Below are positions 27,701 through 42,700 of a DNA stretch of 64,000 nucleotides, piece after piece. Origin of the DNA: Antedon mediterranea (lineage: Eukaryota; Animalia; Echinodermata); assembly GCF_964355755.1 (NCBI RefSeq), contig NC_092677.1, positions 2,874,101-2,938,100 of the forward strand. Reading direction: 5' to 3'. The notes under the pieces were generated by a model that was given only the letters and a program-made list of their open reading frames with translations, made no database searches and was not told the DNA's origin. Every line of letters begins with the position of its first letter. Position 1 is the first letter of the stretch. A program made the position numbers and the translations under genes.

Positions 27701-30700
27701 CCGCAAAAAAGTAGTTAACAGTAGAAATTTAATATTTATATACCCAGTGGGTCGTACACTACATTATTCAATCACTTTAATGTTGGTTCGGTGGGGTTTG
27801 CTATGGTTTTTTGGAGGTTTGCGGGGTTTACTGTAACAATCATTTTTGACCAAAAAATGATGTTTTACCCCAAAAATAAGTTGTTAACAGTAGAAATTTA
27901 ATTTTTTTTTTACATGGATATACCCAGTGGGTTGTACACTACATGATTCAATCACTTTTATATTGGTTCGGTGGGGTTTGCTATGTTTTTTTGGAGGTTT
28001 GCGGGGGTTTGCGGGGTTTGCGGTGTTTAGCAATACCCTATTTTTTGTAGCCGTGTGTTTATCAATTCATATTGTACATTTTGTCCTGTGAACATTAACC
28101 AAATGCTACACAGTAATATAACACCTTATTATATCAAATGGTTAGCCAAATGCAATGCAATACAAAACTATGATTACCTAAATCCAAATTCAGATCAGAA
28201 GGAGAACTAATCAAAACAGACTGCTTACACTACAGTACAATTTATTTCTTTTTTTATCAGGTGGTAAACGCATTAGGACTAACAGTTTATCAAGCATTGG
28301 ATTACGGATGTGCAGAGGACGAGGAAAGGGAACTGAGCGGTCCACTCGAATCGCTTATAGATCACATGACCAATGCAGCCGAGGATGACAACACGGACGA
28401 GGGCATCGATGATAGTCATGATTTCGACGAGAAATTAGATAGTTATGAATTTGCGTGCGGTGGCGGCGCCAGCGGTGAAGGAAGCAAAGTACCGTCATTG
28501 CTGTATGTTTTAAGGGTAAGTGTGTTTTAAGTACAATAATTACAGCAAATGGATGATGATAAAGATTACTGTGCTTCATACTGTATGAGTCTACTGTACT
28601 AGTGTATGGCACCATGTTTCATGCCTTGTTCACATAAAAGGCTGTCCAAAGCTCTGTTTACACTATCAAACTAGTTTGACAAAACAGTGTGATGTACCAA
28701 AATATGGTGGTGATATGCCCAAATATGGTAGTGGTATGACATCATCATGTCCATACAGTATATATTTTTCACATTTTGTGTCACATAAAGTTTGATAGTG
28801 TAGACAGAGTTTTAAGGGCCTATATCTAATGATCAAGCAAATATGGATTTCAATACTTTACAGTGTTTTTAAAGGTATTTTCTTGCAGAAAACAAGTTCA
28901 TAATCACATAAATAAATCACATAAATTTGGCTTTAAAAACCCCAATTTTGATTGTCAAATACCGTTTTTAAAGAAGTTTTTGAGGAACAATTTTTAGCTG
29001 CGATATTTTAAAAAAAAACAACTTATTTTGAAGGAAACCATTTTTTGGGATTTTTCACTATATTATTTTCAGTATCTCCTTGTAGTATATTATTTTCAGT
29101 ATCTCCTGGTACCCTGGTAGTATATTGTTTTCTTCAGTATCTGGTGTTGTATAGTAATAGTATTAATCCAATTGGCTCAGGGTCAAGTACTGTCATAGTG
29201 AGAATCAATATCTTGTTAACATCAAGGTTAATTAATTATTCACATCAATCTAATCTATAGAATTACAATAATTGTTATTGTAGCAACATTTCAAAGAACA
29301 ATACATTAATTGTAAGCACATTTTTAATTTCATCAACCATAAATCATTTAATCTCCTTGATTTAAAAAAAAAAGTATCTTTCTTTTTTGTTCATTACTTA
29401 TTTGTTTTCTTTCCTTGGTTGTCTAGTTTATTCACTTTCTTGGCCATTTACATATTGTCAGTTTTTAATGCAGAGCTCAAATAAACTCTAATTCTGAGTG
29501 TTTACCATCCTTTTCTTTAATCTTAATTCAAACTTTTAGTATTAGTAATAATTAAAAAAAGCATTTTTTTTTCCAACTACGTGGGAATACTGTAGTACGT
29601 TATTGTATCAGACTTTATACTGTAGCCTTATATTATGAGTTGACCAACGACAAGCGACGGTCAAATAAATCCATTGCTTGTGATTGGTCAAATCTCTTAT
29701 GTTATGTTGCATCTCTAGTGGGAACCAAGCATTAGTACACAGTAGTACTCAAAATTTGATTACTGACTTTCGGCATACAATTATGACTTCTCTCTAAGGT
29801 AATACAGAGAATTAAGTTAAATATTGGATTTCTAATACTTCCTTTATGGTGTAACACTTCAATAAACGCTGGATTAGAAACTACTGGCAAGCAAGTAGAC
29901 TTTGTATTAACGCCCTTAATGGTATAACACTTGAAGACATTCGGCATTAGAAACTGCTGACAAACTGTACAAAGCAGTGTTAAATATTGAACGTTATTGC
30001 TTGATCCATTCTTCCTATTGCAATGCATTAACACCATTGCTATTAATAGATATCTATTGGTTTTGGTGTACTCAACGAAAACTAATTTGAATTGCTGTAT
30101 ACAGTACTATAGACTATAGTATTAGTATAATACAGTTGTCAATACTGTACTGGCAAATCTCAAATTCTACAGACTAGTACAGACAATAGTGTCCACTAAA
30201 ATGTTTTTTTTTTCTTGGATTGTCCGAGTGACGAATGAATGTTGTTTCATTGTACAGTTAGTATGCACACTTAAAGTACCTTAAAATATTCTGGGAAGAT
30301 TTCTAGGTTTTAAGAGAATCTGCTATTTTGGGATAGTGCTAATTGAGCGAGTTGGATGATGGTAAAAATAAAAATAAATAATAGGTAACCAGTAATTAGG
30401 GCTAATACTGTACTTTTGTACACTACTGTACATCAGCTCTCTATATGGTTGGATACTGTGACCCTCAGAGTCGGAATCAAACAACATGTTTAAATTAATA
30501 AACATTTTTTAGTAATAAACATTTTTTATTTATAAATTTTTATGTTCAAAAGAATAGATAATTTTCACTGTTCATAATGTGTTTGTGTAGCTATTAAGTG
30601 TCTCTGTCTCGTGCCCTTAGGTCTCTTTCGGTGGCTATAATGTGATAAAATGACAATAAATCCTCATGAAATGTGCTTAGAAACAATGCTTAAAATACCA

Positions 30701-33700
30701 ACTAAACTCGATAAAACCGTCTGTCTGCTGTGCACACTAATAAAATTATAATGCTTTTGAAGCTAAGAGAAGAACGTAGCATTATAAAAAATGGATAAAA
30801 AAAAATTACTCATTTTATGACTTTTATTTTGTATACTCACTGTTAGGAAAATCCTGTCAATAAGCTTTGCGTTTATTTGAAAATGTCTAAAAAATTAAAT
30901 CTACCTTATTTCCCAGCCAATATTAATTTTTTTTACTGTTTTAGGATGTCTTGCTATAGATACAGTACGATTTTAATTTTTCAATTTCTTGTGTCACATT
31001 GCATGGTACCTACTGTACTGTACACTGTACACAAAGTGGATTAACAATAATAGTAATAATATTGACATCCCCAATTGTATCTATCATCAACAGTGCCAGT
31101 AGCCTTACAGTTCAGAGTAGATAGCTCTTGTCGAAATGGAATCATCAAGATTGAGCTTAATATATGCGCATATTACCCGTAGCTGGATTTATACTATTAG
31201 CCTGAAGAAACGCTGGGTACAGTAAATTTAGACATTCTCCCGGTACACTCACTGTGCTGTAATGTAATTCAATTTGAATTTCCATAAAATGGATGGCACG
31301 ACAGCATAATGCGTTTTAAAAATCTTTTTTTTGGTGTAAATTTCCATTCCGTTCAGTTACTGTACTGTATTTTTATTGTGATTCTGTAGCTTAAGCCCAA
31401 CCTAGTTTGACAACCAATATGGTAGTGATATGCTTAAATATGGTAGTGATATGATGACATCATGTCCATATGGGAACATCACATTTTTTTGTCACATTAA
31501 AAGTTTGATAGTGTAGAACTTTAAATTGCTGAGAATTTGAAATTCTATAATTATTGGATCTTTTGCATCGACGTCCATAAAATGCATTCGTATACGGAGT
31601 GATAGTATTTCATGCATGTATGCTAATTATGACAAACCCGTCATCTTTATTGATTCAAATTCCTTCCTAGATTCGTGATCTGTGCCAGCGGAATACATTT
31701 GTTATATCAATGAATTCATATAATTATAGAAGCATTTATGAATTCATAAAACGATTTATGGATTTGAACGAAAAATATGAATATTACGGTATGAGCTGCA
31801 GAACAAATGTTTAAATCAGAATTATTTTCGTTGCACCATTAAGGACGTTTAGACACGATCACTAAGAAATATAAACACAGTTTCAATAGCTACGAAATAA
31901 CTATACTAATTGTTCCCTTAGATGTTTAGAAAATCATTTTCTTTTGGGGATATCTCACAGCAGCATTCATGTATTATGAAATTGTGTAATAAGTTTGACT
32001 TATTGCGTACAGTAATCGCAGGAAGTCAATTATTTTTAAATACAATTATATAAGCATGGACCTACAGTGTGATTAGTGTTGTAATCAATGCATCACAATA
32101 GGATAGGAAAGCATGGACCTACAGTGTGATTAGTGTTGTAATCAATGCATCACAATAGGATAGGAAATGAACAAAACAATAGAACCAAATAGAATCTTCA
32201 TATTGTAAGGCAAGATATAAGATAGCCTGTTATGTTCTATTGTTTTACACCAACTGCCATTGTTTGATAAGTACTGTTAGTTACACTTATTATGCAAGAT
32301 TTAAAGTGACTAGATAGAAAAGGTATACAGTGAACACTCCCTTGGGCTGGCGCAATATGTTTTCTGGTAATTATTCAGAATGTGTTTTAATAAAGAATTT
32401 TGGACTTTGTGGTCCTAAAAAAAAGTGTCTTCTTTTTTAAGACATACAGTACATTTTATTTCGTCCTGAAGGTGTATGCTAAATAGGAGTTCTACTGTTC
32501 TATGAAATTATCATGACTACTGTATGTATAAAAACATTACGCGGAAATATTTTAAACTTTTCACCTGAAAAATTACCTTATTTCACCAGCCTTGTTTTCA
32601 TCTTCCCTTTTATGTTAATTGTTGTAGATTGGTTTTATAGGTTTCCAAGGGATTTCCATAGTTCAATTCTTCTATGTGATCTCTTAATGCTAAGCTGGTC
32701 TACTTTCATCCATAAAGAAAGTTTGCATACCATATTTCATAAGGGTAAATATCTATGCTCTGAGGACGTCAATTAAAAAGGTTCAAATAAATTACACTAG
32801 AGATGAACAATATACATCCAGGCTATTGATTTTTCGGTGCGCAGCACACAGGAAATAAGATGAACAAAGCGCTTGTTGCTTTAGGCGTTTAGCTCATAAA
32901 ACATTCTAAATTTGTCTGTCAAATTTTGCAATACAGTTGAATAAAGAGTTGTATTAATCTTTCGGTTTAAGGCTGTCACCGGTGTCAGTTAGACCACAGA
33001 GGTACTTATTTTTCTCCCATGGTACTGGTCATGTTGTCTTTTATCTGGAAAAAAAGGCCATTGTTGTACTGTTCCTCTATTGGGAGTAGTGATGTACAGT
33101 ACACATCAGTGTATTGTACCTGCATTTTTCATTTTGTTCATGGTCAAACACAGTAAAATATAGTACAACACAAGTAAATTATTTACTGTGCGTCACTTTG
33201 TATTCAGCCTTTTCTCTGTTATTGTGAACGCAAGGAATAGAAATTGTGTAGCTTAGTACAGTACGTTGACATTTGATGTCGATTGGTCCAATATCTCGGG
33301 TACCGCAAACAATTTCGTCTTTTTGCACTAGTTTGTAAAAATGTTCTTTTTTGCACTGACATACTGTATGTAGGCATCACTGTACAGTGGGCATCACTGT
33401 ACAGTGGGCATCACTGTACAGTGGGCATCACTGTACAGTGGGCATCACTGTACAGTGGGCATCACTGTACAGTGGGCATCACTGTACAGTGGGCATCACT
33501 GTACAGTGGGCATCACTGTACAGTGGGCATCACTGTACAGTGGGCATCACTGTACAGTGGGCATCACTGTACAGTGGGCATCACTGTACAGTGGGCATCA
33601 CTGTACAGTGGGCATCACTGTACAGTGGGCATCACTGTACAGTGGGCATCACTGTACAGTGGGCATCACTGTACAGTGGGCATCACTGTACAGTGGGCAT

Positions 33701-36700
33701 CACTGTACAGTGGGCATCACTGTACAGTGGGCATCACTGTACAGTGGGCATCACTGTACAGTGGGCATCACTGTACAGTGGGCATCACTGTACAGTGGGC
33801 ATCACTGTACAGTGGGCATCACTGTACAGTGGGCATCACTGTACAGTGGGCATCACTGTACAGTGGGCATCACTGTACAGTGGGCATCACTGTACAGTGG
33901 GCATCACTGTACAGTGGGCATCACTGTACAGTGGGCATCACTGTACAGTGGGCATCACTGTACAGTGGGCATCACTGTACAGTGGGCATCACTGTACAGT
34001 GGGCATCACTGTACAGTGGGCATCACTGTACAGTGGGCATCACTGTACAGTGGGCATCACTGTACAGTGGGCATCACTGTACAGTGGGCATCACTGTACA
34101 GTGGGCATCACTGTACAGTGGGCATCACTGTACAGTGGGCATCACTGTACAGTGGGCATCACTGTACAGTGGGCATCACTGTACAGTGGGCATCACTGTA
34201 CAGTGGGCATCACTGTACAGTGGGCATCACTGTACAGTGGGCATCACTGTACAGTGGGCATCACTGTACAGTGGGCATCACTGTACAGTGGGCATCACTG
34301 TACAGTGGGCATCACTGTACAGTGGGCATCACTGTACAGTGGGCATCACTGTACAGTGGGCATCACTGTACAGTGGGCATCACTGTACAGTGGGCATCAC
34401 TGTACAGTGGGCATCACTGTACAGTGGGCATCACTGTACAGTGGGCATCACTGTACAGTGGGCATCACTGTACAGTGGGCATCACTGTACAGTGGGCATC
34501 ACTGTACAGTGGGCATCACTGTACAGTGGGCATCACTGTACAGTGGGCATCACTGTACAGTGGGCATCACTGTACAGTGGGCATCACTGTACAGTGGGCA
34601 TCACTGTACAGTGGGCATCACTGTACAGTGGGCATCACTGTACAGTGGGCATCACTGTACAGTGGGCATCACTGTACAGTGGGCATCACTGTACAGTGGG
34701 CATCACTGTACAGTGGGCATCACTGTACAGTGGGCATCACTGTACAGTGGGCATCACTGTACAGTGGGCATCACTGTACAGTGGGCATCACTGTACAGTG
34801 GGCATCACTGTACAGTGGGCATCACTGTACAGTGGGCATCACTGTACAGTGGGCATCACTGTACAGTGGGCATCACTGTACAGTGGGCATCACTGTACAG
34901 TGGGCATCACTGTACAGTGGGCATCACTGTACAGTGGGCATCACTGTACAGTGGGCATCTCTGTACAGTGGGCATCTCTGTACAGTGGGCATCTCTGTAC
35001 AGTGGGCATCACTGTACAGTGGGCATCACTGTACAGTGGGCATCACTGTACAGTGGGCATCACTGTACAGTGGGCATCACTGTACAGTGGGCATCACTGT
35101 ACAGTGGGCATCACTGTACAGTGGGCATCACTGTACAGTGGGCATCACTGTACAGTGGGCATCACTGTACAGTGGGCATCACTGTACAGTGGGCATCACT
35201 GTACAGTGGGCATCACTGTACAGTGGGCATCACTGTACAGTGGGCATCACTGTACAGTGGGCATCACTGTACAGTGGGCATCACTGTACAGTGGGCATCA
35301 CTGTACAGTGGGCATCACTGTACAGTGGGCATCACTGTACAGTGGGCATCACTGTACAGTGGGCATCACTGTACAGTGGGCATCACTGTACAGTGGGCAT
35401 CACTGTACAGTGGGCATCACTGTACAGTGGGCATCACTGTACAGTGGGCATCACTGTACAGTGGGCATCACTGTACAGTGGGCATCACTGTACAGTGGGC
35501 ATCACTGTACAGTGGGCATCACTGTACAGTGGGCATCACTGTACAGTGGGCATCACTGTACAGTGGGCATCACTGTACAGTGGGCATCACTGTACAGTGG
35601 GCATCACTGTACAGTGGGCATCACTGTACAGTGGGCATCACTGTACAGTGGGCATCACTGTACAGTGGGCATCACTGTACAGTGGGCATCACTGTACAGT
35701 GGGCATCACTGTACAGTGGGCATCACTGTACAGTGGGCATCACTGTACAGTGGGCATCACTGTACAGTGGGCATCACTGTACAGTGGGCATCACTGTACA
35801 GTGGGCATCACTGTACAGTGGGCATCACTGTACAGTGGGCATCACTGTACAGTGGGCATCACTGTACAGTGGGCATCACTGTACAGTGGGCATCACTGTA
35901 CAGTGGGCATCACTGTACAGTGGGCATCACTGTACAGTGGGCATCACTGTACAGTGGGCATCACTGTACAGTGGGCATCACTGTACAGTGGGCATCACTG
36001 TACAGTGGGCATCACTGTACAGTGGGCATCACTGTACAGTGGGCATCACTGTACAGTGGGCATCACTGTACAGTGGGCATCACTGTACAGTGGGCATCAC
36101 TGTACAGTGGGCATCACTGTACAGTGGGCATCACTGTACAGTGGGCATCACTGTACAGTGGGCATCACTGTACAGTGGGCATCACTGTACAGTGGGCATC
36201 ACTGTACAGTGGGCATCACTGTACAGTGGGCATCACTGTACAGTGGGCATCACTGTACAGTGGGCATCACTGTACAGTGGGCATCACTGTACAGTGGGCA
36301 TCACTGTACAGTGGGCATCACTGTACAGTGGGCATCACTGTACAGTGGGCATCACTGGGCATCACTGGGCATCACTGGGCATCACTGGGCATCACTGTAC
36401 TGTATGTACAGTAGGCATCACTGTACTGTATGTACAGTAGGCATTACTGTACTGTATGTACAGTAGGCATTACTGTACTGTATGTACAGTAGGCATTACT
36501 GTACTGTATGTACAGTAAGCATTACTCTACTGTATGTAGGCATCACTGTATGTACAGTAGGCATTACTGTACTGTATGTAAGCATTACTGTACTGCATGT
36601 AGGCATCACTGTATGTACAGTAGGCATTACTGTACTGTATGTACTGTAAGCATTACTGTACTGCATGTACTGTAAGCATTACTGTACTGCATGTAGGCAT

Positions 36701-39700
36701 CACTGTATGTACAGTAGGCATTACTGTACTGTATGTACAGTAGGCATTACTGTACTGTATGTAGGCATCACTGTTGTACTGATCTTTTCTTGGTAGATAT
36801 CAACAGTCCACTCTTATTGACTCCAATAATTATAGTTTGAACTATATTTGAACTGTAGTACTGTAAATTAATATTAATGTCAACATCTATAGAATATTAT
36901 GATTCATAAATTGACATAAAATTGGCATTTATTTAATATATCTACTGTATTATTCAGTTGAAAGTCTGGAACAATGAGTCTAGACATCCATGACTAAAAA
37001 GACATGTTCTATTCTATAATTGTTTTTACAAAATAAAAAAGTTTTTAAATTTTTATTTAATTCTGGCAAATGAAGCATCGGTTTTGGTCTGTTGTACTCA
37101 GATCAACCTTTCTGCAGTGGTTTTACAGTTTGGTTACTTTCAACATACTGTACACAAGTTTTTTTTATGGATATATAGAATTTAAAACGCAAATGAATGA
37201 ACGAGAAAATAAATATTGAAAAGGGATGTACATATCACATAACCGTTGGCACTATTTAATTAGAAACAGCGTTAAAATTTACAATAAGATAAAAAAGTTC
37301 AAAGACATCCATCTCTTTTATCCAGCTTCCAATTCTACTCTCTTCTTCCTCAATTTTTTTCCCTTCCTCCTCCTCCTCTCTTTTTTTACAATATCTCACA
37401 CTCACACACCTACTTTCTTCTAAAAAAGAACAAAAGACAATCAAACTGATGCAGAATAAAGAATCAGGAATTTCCCACTTAAAGTTACAGTACGATACTG
37501 TGTAAGAGTGTACATCATACCTTTCACGACTGTTTGCACTGTCAACAGTCCACTTCAACTACCTACCTACCTACCTATGTCTATTTGCTTTCTGCTGAGT
37601 CAAAGTCAACGATAGCCAGACAAAATGTTTACATAATTTATTTGTAACAGTCCTTCCTATTCAGTACAGTATGTAGTAATTTATGGAAAAGGAAATACAA
37701 TTTATTAAAAAATGCCAAGTACTGAAATGTTTTATTTTCAGTATTTTAATTATCACTTTACAGACTTACAAAATAAACGTTTATTAATTTCTATACAAAA
37801 TATAAATTAATGTTAATGTTTAAATTTCAGTCTTATTTAAAAAAACTACTTTTCTCCTGATTAATTTATTATCATTTTTTTCGTTATTAAATATTATTAT
37901 CAATTAATTTTTTTTTTTTATGAACACATTAACAAAAGTAGTACTGATACAGCACATGTTTTCAATCCAAATTACTTAACAGCAAAATTAATAGTTTTAA
38001 TGTAGCATGTTGTTGTCAAACATGTGTACTGTAATGTACGCTTGGTTATTTTGTGCGTTTGATAGCTCCATTCACGGTAATAGGCAATTACATACGCATT
38101 TAGACTCGTAAAATTTGCTACGAAAATGAACGTGTTAATGTCAGCAGAGTGTTAGATTTACAAGCACCGTAAATAACGAGCAAGCGCTGGTATCGTCTGT
38201 TACGTCATTGTTTAGCCGACGCCATTCCGTTGTCTGCACTTGCCCGATAATGAGCGTCAGGCTATATCGTGACGGAATCTTTTACGGTGTTGATTTAATA
38301 GTCTAAGAAAGGTGTTTTGTTTGGAAAATAAATAATGAATTCATTTAAGATGTGATAAATTATGGGAGCATTGATGCTAAGTGTATTAGCTTCCATGATT
38401 TATAGGAGTTTAGCAAAAGATGCGATACACAATTTGAAATGTGTAAAACACCCAATTTTTCTTGCTACTGTTATTATAGTTTGGGAATAAATAAACCTCA
38501 ATTTTCATGACATCTTAATGGTGCCACTATTTCACTAAGGATGTATGACGACATAATTGGTTATGAAAACTGAGGATGTTGGAATGTTTGTTGTTGAAAG
38601 AAAACGAGGAATAGCAACGTAGAACTAGAATCTTATTCTGTTACCATAGAGGTGAAACATTAACATAACTCTATGAGGACTTACTATACAGTAATAAGTA
38701 TATATTATCACACATTTTTATATCATTGTTTGTAGCAAAAATATGGCTAGTAAAATTCTTGTATTTAAAAAAAAATGTAATTCTTTTTTTTACAGTATTT
38801 GAGTCCTGTTATTTCCATTTTAAAAAAAGGATTTACCAAAATATAAATTTTGTATTAAGTTCAATAGGAATATGATGAACCTTTTTGACAACCTGCATTT
38901 ACGGCAGAAGTATTGTAGTAGTCTTGAATTGCTCATATGAAGCACTCCCTAAATGACACCTGGATGAAGAAAGCAAAAAAAAAATATTGTCATACTTTGA
39001 CCTGTTTTTTTGGTCACGCTGTCTAGCGTGATTTGAATAAGTAATGAATGCGTCTATTATTACCGAACAACATCCTAGATTCACAGTTTTAAAAAGGCAC
39101 ACGAAAAATCAATCATATTGATGTTTGTGTAAATATAAATTATCTATTGTAAACATGTATACGAAACCTGTAATCCCCTGTTATCAGCATTGTGTTGTGG
39201 CATATTTACACCTTTATTGATTACACTGGTACAAGCATTAGTAAACAGTGGCATGGTTCGTTCAAATACATCCACGTGCCGACGAGAGGTCTTATTGGAG
39301 GCCTCGAAATCAATAATGATCAATATCTTTTGACGCTTGGTGCCGAACTGATTCGATCAATAATAAGGAGTTAGTTTGCGTGTCTGATTCAAGATTCTAA
39401 TAAAAGAACAATTATTATATCGTTTGTTTTGAATATTTTTAATGATATGAATTTGTAAAAATAAGTCTAGTTATAATCACTGGTAATTGGTTGTGTGATT
39501 TGCTCTAATTTTTATGTCGTTTTATGAGCAGTGAAGCTGATATAAAATGGTTTGTTAGCATTGATGTCCCGGGGCCTTGACTGCATGGTGTAGTGTGGCA
39601 TATGAGAGCACATCTCTCTTCTGAAAGAGTGAGTTTGAACAATGATAACAGTTTGCTATGCCTGATTGCAGACAATTGCTGTTTAGATAAAATACTACTA

Positions 39701-42700
39701 GATGGGCCATCTAGGAAATTAGAGGTTTTGCCATAGTAGTATTTTGTTCCTAGATAAAAAAACCAACATAGCGTTATTTCCTCCGATAGAATTGTGTAGT
39801 ACTAGTAGAAAATGTTGTGAATAATGTTGAGTTTTGAGTCGGGTACATCCGGTTGCAATACAAAGGGTAGAGAGAGGACGGGGACGAGTACAAGTGTAGA
39901 TAGGTTAGTAGGCCTGGTCCCACCTAAATTTCAACAATTATAATGCAAAAGATAGGATATCTCAGGTTTGAAAGCCTTTATTTTAAAATCCTGTATCCAG
40001 CTCAGCCTGTGTCCATTGTTTCATTGTCCATACTTTATTTAAAAACAATGGGTATTGTATTGTTGACAATCATCCATTGTGTCACAGACCTATCAGGTGG
40101 CTAGCTCAAATCTAAACTTTGTCTACCAAAGCAGTTTGAATGCAAATCAACAAAAACAAGTCATTTTCCAATAAATATAACATTTTTCTTTTGGCCACGC
40201 CCAGTTTACGGATCATAAAAACAAAATTATGATGGTATAAATTACTCAATATTATATAAAATCTTGACAAGTGGTTGTCTATATTTAAATTGAAGATTAT
40301 GTTTTATAGCTCAAATGGGATGAGAGTACGGCTTACGGATTATCACTTGACCAATGCACTGCACCCGTTAACATTTACCGAGATCAGAGGGAATTATAAT
40401 ATGCTAGATAAGATCAAACAGGTGTTCAATTGGTACATAGCCGTCCAAGGTTTCACATATTGGATTCTGTTTAAGAAAAAAAAATTATTAAAAAAATGTG
40501 AAATATATTGGTTTTAGTATACATTTCATTTTTTTATTTTTTTAAAATTTTATTTCATACTCATCCAACAGCGAGTAACCCGCCAATTACAGGATGGATA
40601 AACTATTTAATAATTTCACAAGACAAACATATACACAAGATGCTCTACATAAACAAAGACTTATTATTAAGTCTTTGGGAGTGGAGTTGTAAATTGTCAT
40701 GAGAAAAAAACCCTGACATATGACAGGACTTGAACCCAGGACCCTTAGATTGGTAGCCAAGCATCATAACCACCAAGCCACAGCTCCACTACTAAGTGGA
40801 TAATTTTGATTAACATTGCTTCACTTTGAACTAGATTCTAATGTCTGGCTAGAAATGGATTTTAAGAATTGATTCTCAATCTCAGCTGATGTTTGCAGCT
40901 TTGTCTACACTATCAAACCTTATGTGATAACAAAATGTGATGTGCCCATACCATATATGGACATGATGATGTCATATCACCACCATATTTAAGCATATCA
41001 CTACCATATATGGAGATCTATCACACATTTTTTGTCAAACTAGTTTAATAGTGTAGACAGAGCTTTGCATTATTTTTTGTTGTCTTTTCATCTTCTATCC
41101 TTTCCTCCTCATAATTTTTCTAACATTTCCCTTCCTCTAACCTTCTCTCTGCTCTTTTCCTCAAACCATCTCTTTTTTCCTTTCCTGATTCTGAAACTGT
41201 GACAACCAACAACTATGAACACAATTATTTGATATCATTTATCAATTTGTTAAAGAGGCCCACATGTTAGGAAGCAGTGATACCTACCTGTAAAGTTGAC
41301 ATATGAAATGAAGCGTGCTCCACTGGAGCCTTGTCAAAACACTTAGAACACAATAGAGGAAATGCCAGGTGAAATTTGGTACACCGGTTACGCCCCCAAT
41401 CACAAAATACCTCATTATTTATCAATTTGACGGTAATAGTTGACTCAATCTATTCAATGACTTAAATTGAATTCCATCGCATGTTTGTGTTGTTAATATC
41501 AACAAGGTATTGAATGCGGAGAAATTTGCGGACACGGTCAAATTTCACGCTTGGAGTTGTTTGATAAATTCCATCTCTTTATGTATTTCATATAATTAGA
41601 TAAATATGAAATAGATTATCACATTGGATTTAAACTAATTGATTCCATGCATCTTCACTTAAAAGTTTTATTAAAAATATAAAAACATTTCCATTAAAAA
41701 TAATTTAATACAGTACTGTACATTTTTTATTTATTAATAAATGATAAGTGTGATTATTAAGTTGCAGAGCTTATGTTGTAAGCATGTTTTTAGCACTTAA
41801 TGTGTCATCCATGTTGTTATTAATTTGAGGCGTTTTAAGCAGGAGCATAAATCTAATGATGTGATACTCTCTCACAGGGTGACCTACTTCATCCAAACAT
41901 TCAATGTTTCAATATTATGCACGTTCACAACATAAAATCATTTACAAATTGTCCAATTCTTGTTAAGCTTGGTTCCCACTAGAACATAACGCAAGGACGT
42001 AAACGCAACGCAAGCGTTTTAACCAATGACAAGCGAAGTTATAGACAGTTAGCAATCACAAGCGAATAAGACATCGCTTGTGATTGGTCAATTCACTTGC
42101 GTTGCGTTACGTCCTTGTGTTGCGTCTCTAGTGCGAACCACGCTATAAGCATATTATATAGGTCCACTTGAATGATTTGAAGATCTTTTAGATTGATTGT
42201 ATTTGAGTGTAAACATTAAAAATGTAGTGATGCCTGTATCATAGGCCATAAACTTAACTTTGTTTTGTTTATTGAAAATTCTCCACACATTTAACATTTT
42301 TATATTGAAGAACAAGTTTGAAAACATGATGGTAAAACATTTTATGTGTAGAACGAAGCGTAAATAATAAGAAAACGTAACGTCTAGGCTCCCAGAATTT
42401 AGGAAAAAAAGATTATCTTCTTATTCGGGGATGTACAGTACTGTACTTAGCATGAATACCACTATATTGAAAAGTTGGATTTTCCTTTTACCACAATGAA
42501 ATCAGCAAGCTAGTTGAAATATAATGACAACTTTTGTGAACGACTAGAATGCTATGTGGCGTACTGGATGTTATGCATGTGCTAGCAGCATTAAACAAAC
42601 ACACCCCTGACCCAGGACATAAATCAGCTTATAAGCAAGACCCACAGGGTGTCCTACTTTGTACCCCGCTAGGGTACTTGGCTCGCTTTCAAATTTCCTT

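Noticed and set aside
32053-32167. 57-bp exact tandem duplication (similar small duplications at ~8565-8705 and ~62109-62250)
   Set aside because: Ordinary local duplications with no sign of function.
33283-36466. Three >1000-aa ORFs with ([17 protein letters not shown])n
   Set aside because: Artefact of a stop-free 17-bp satellite read in three frames inside a Spire intron; no synonymous variation or splice support.
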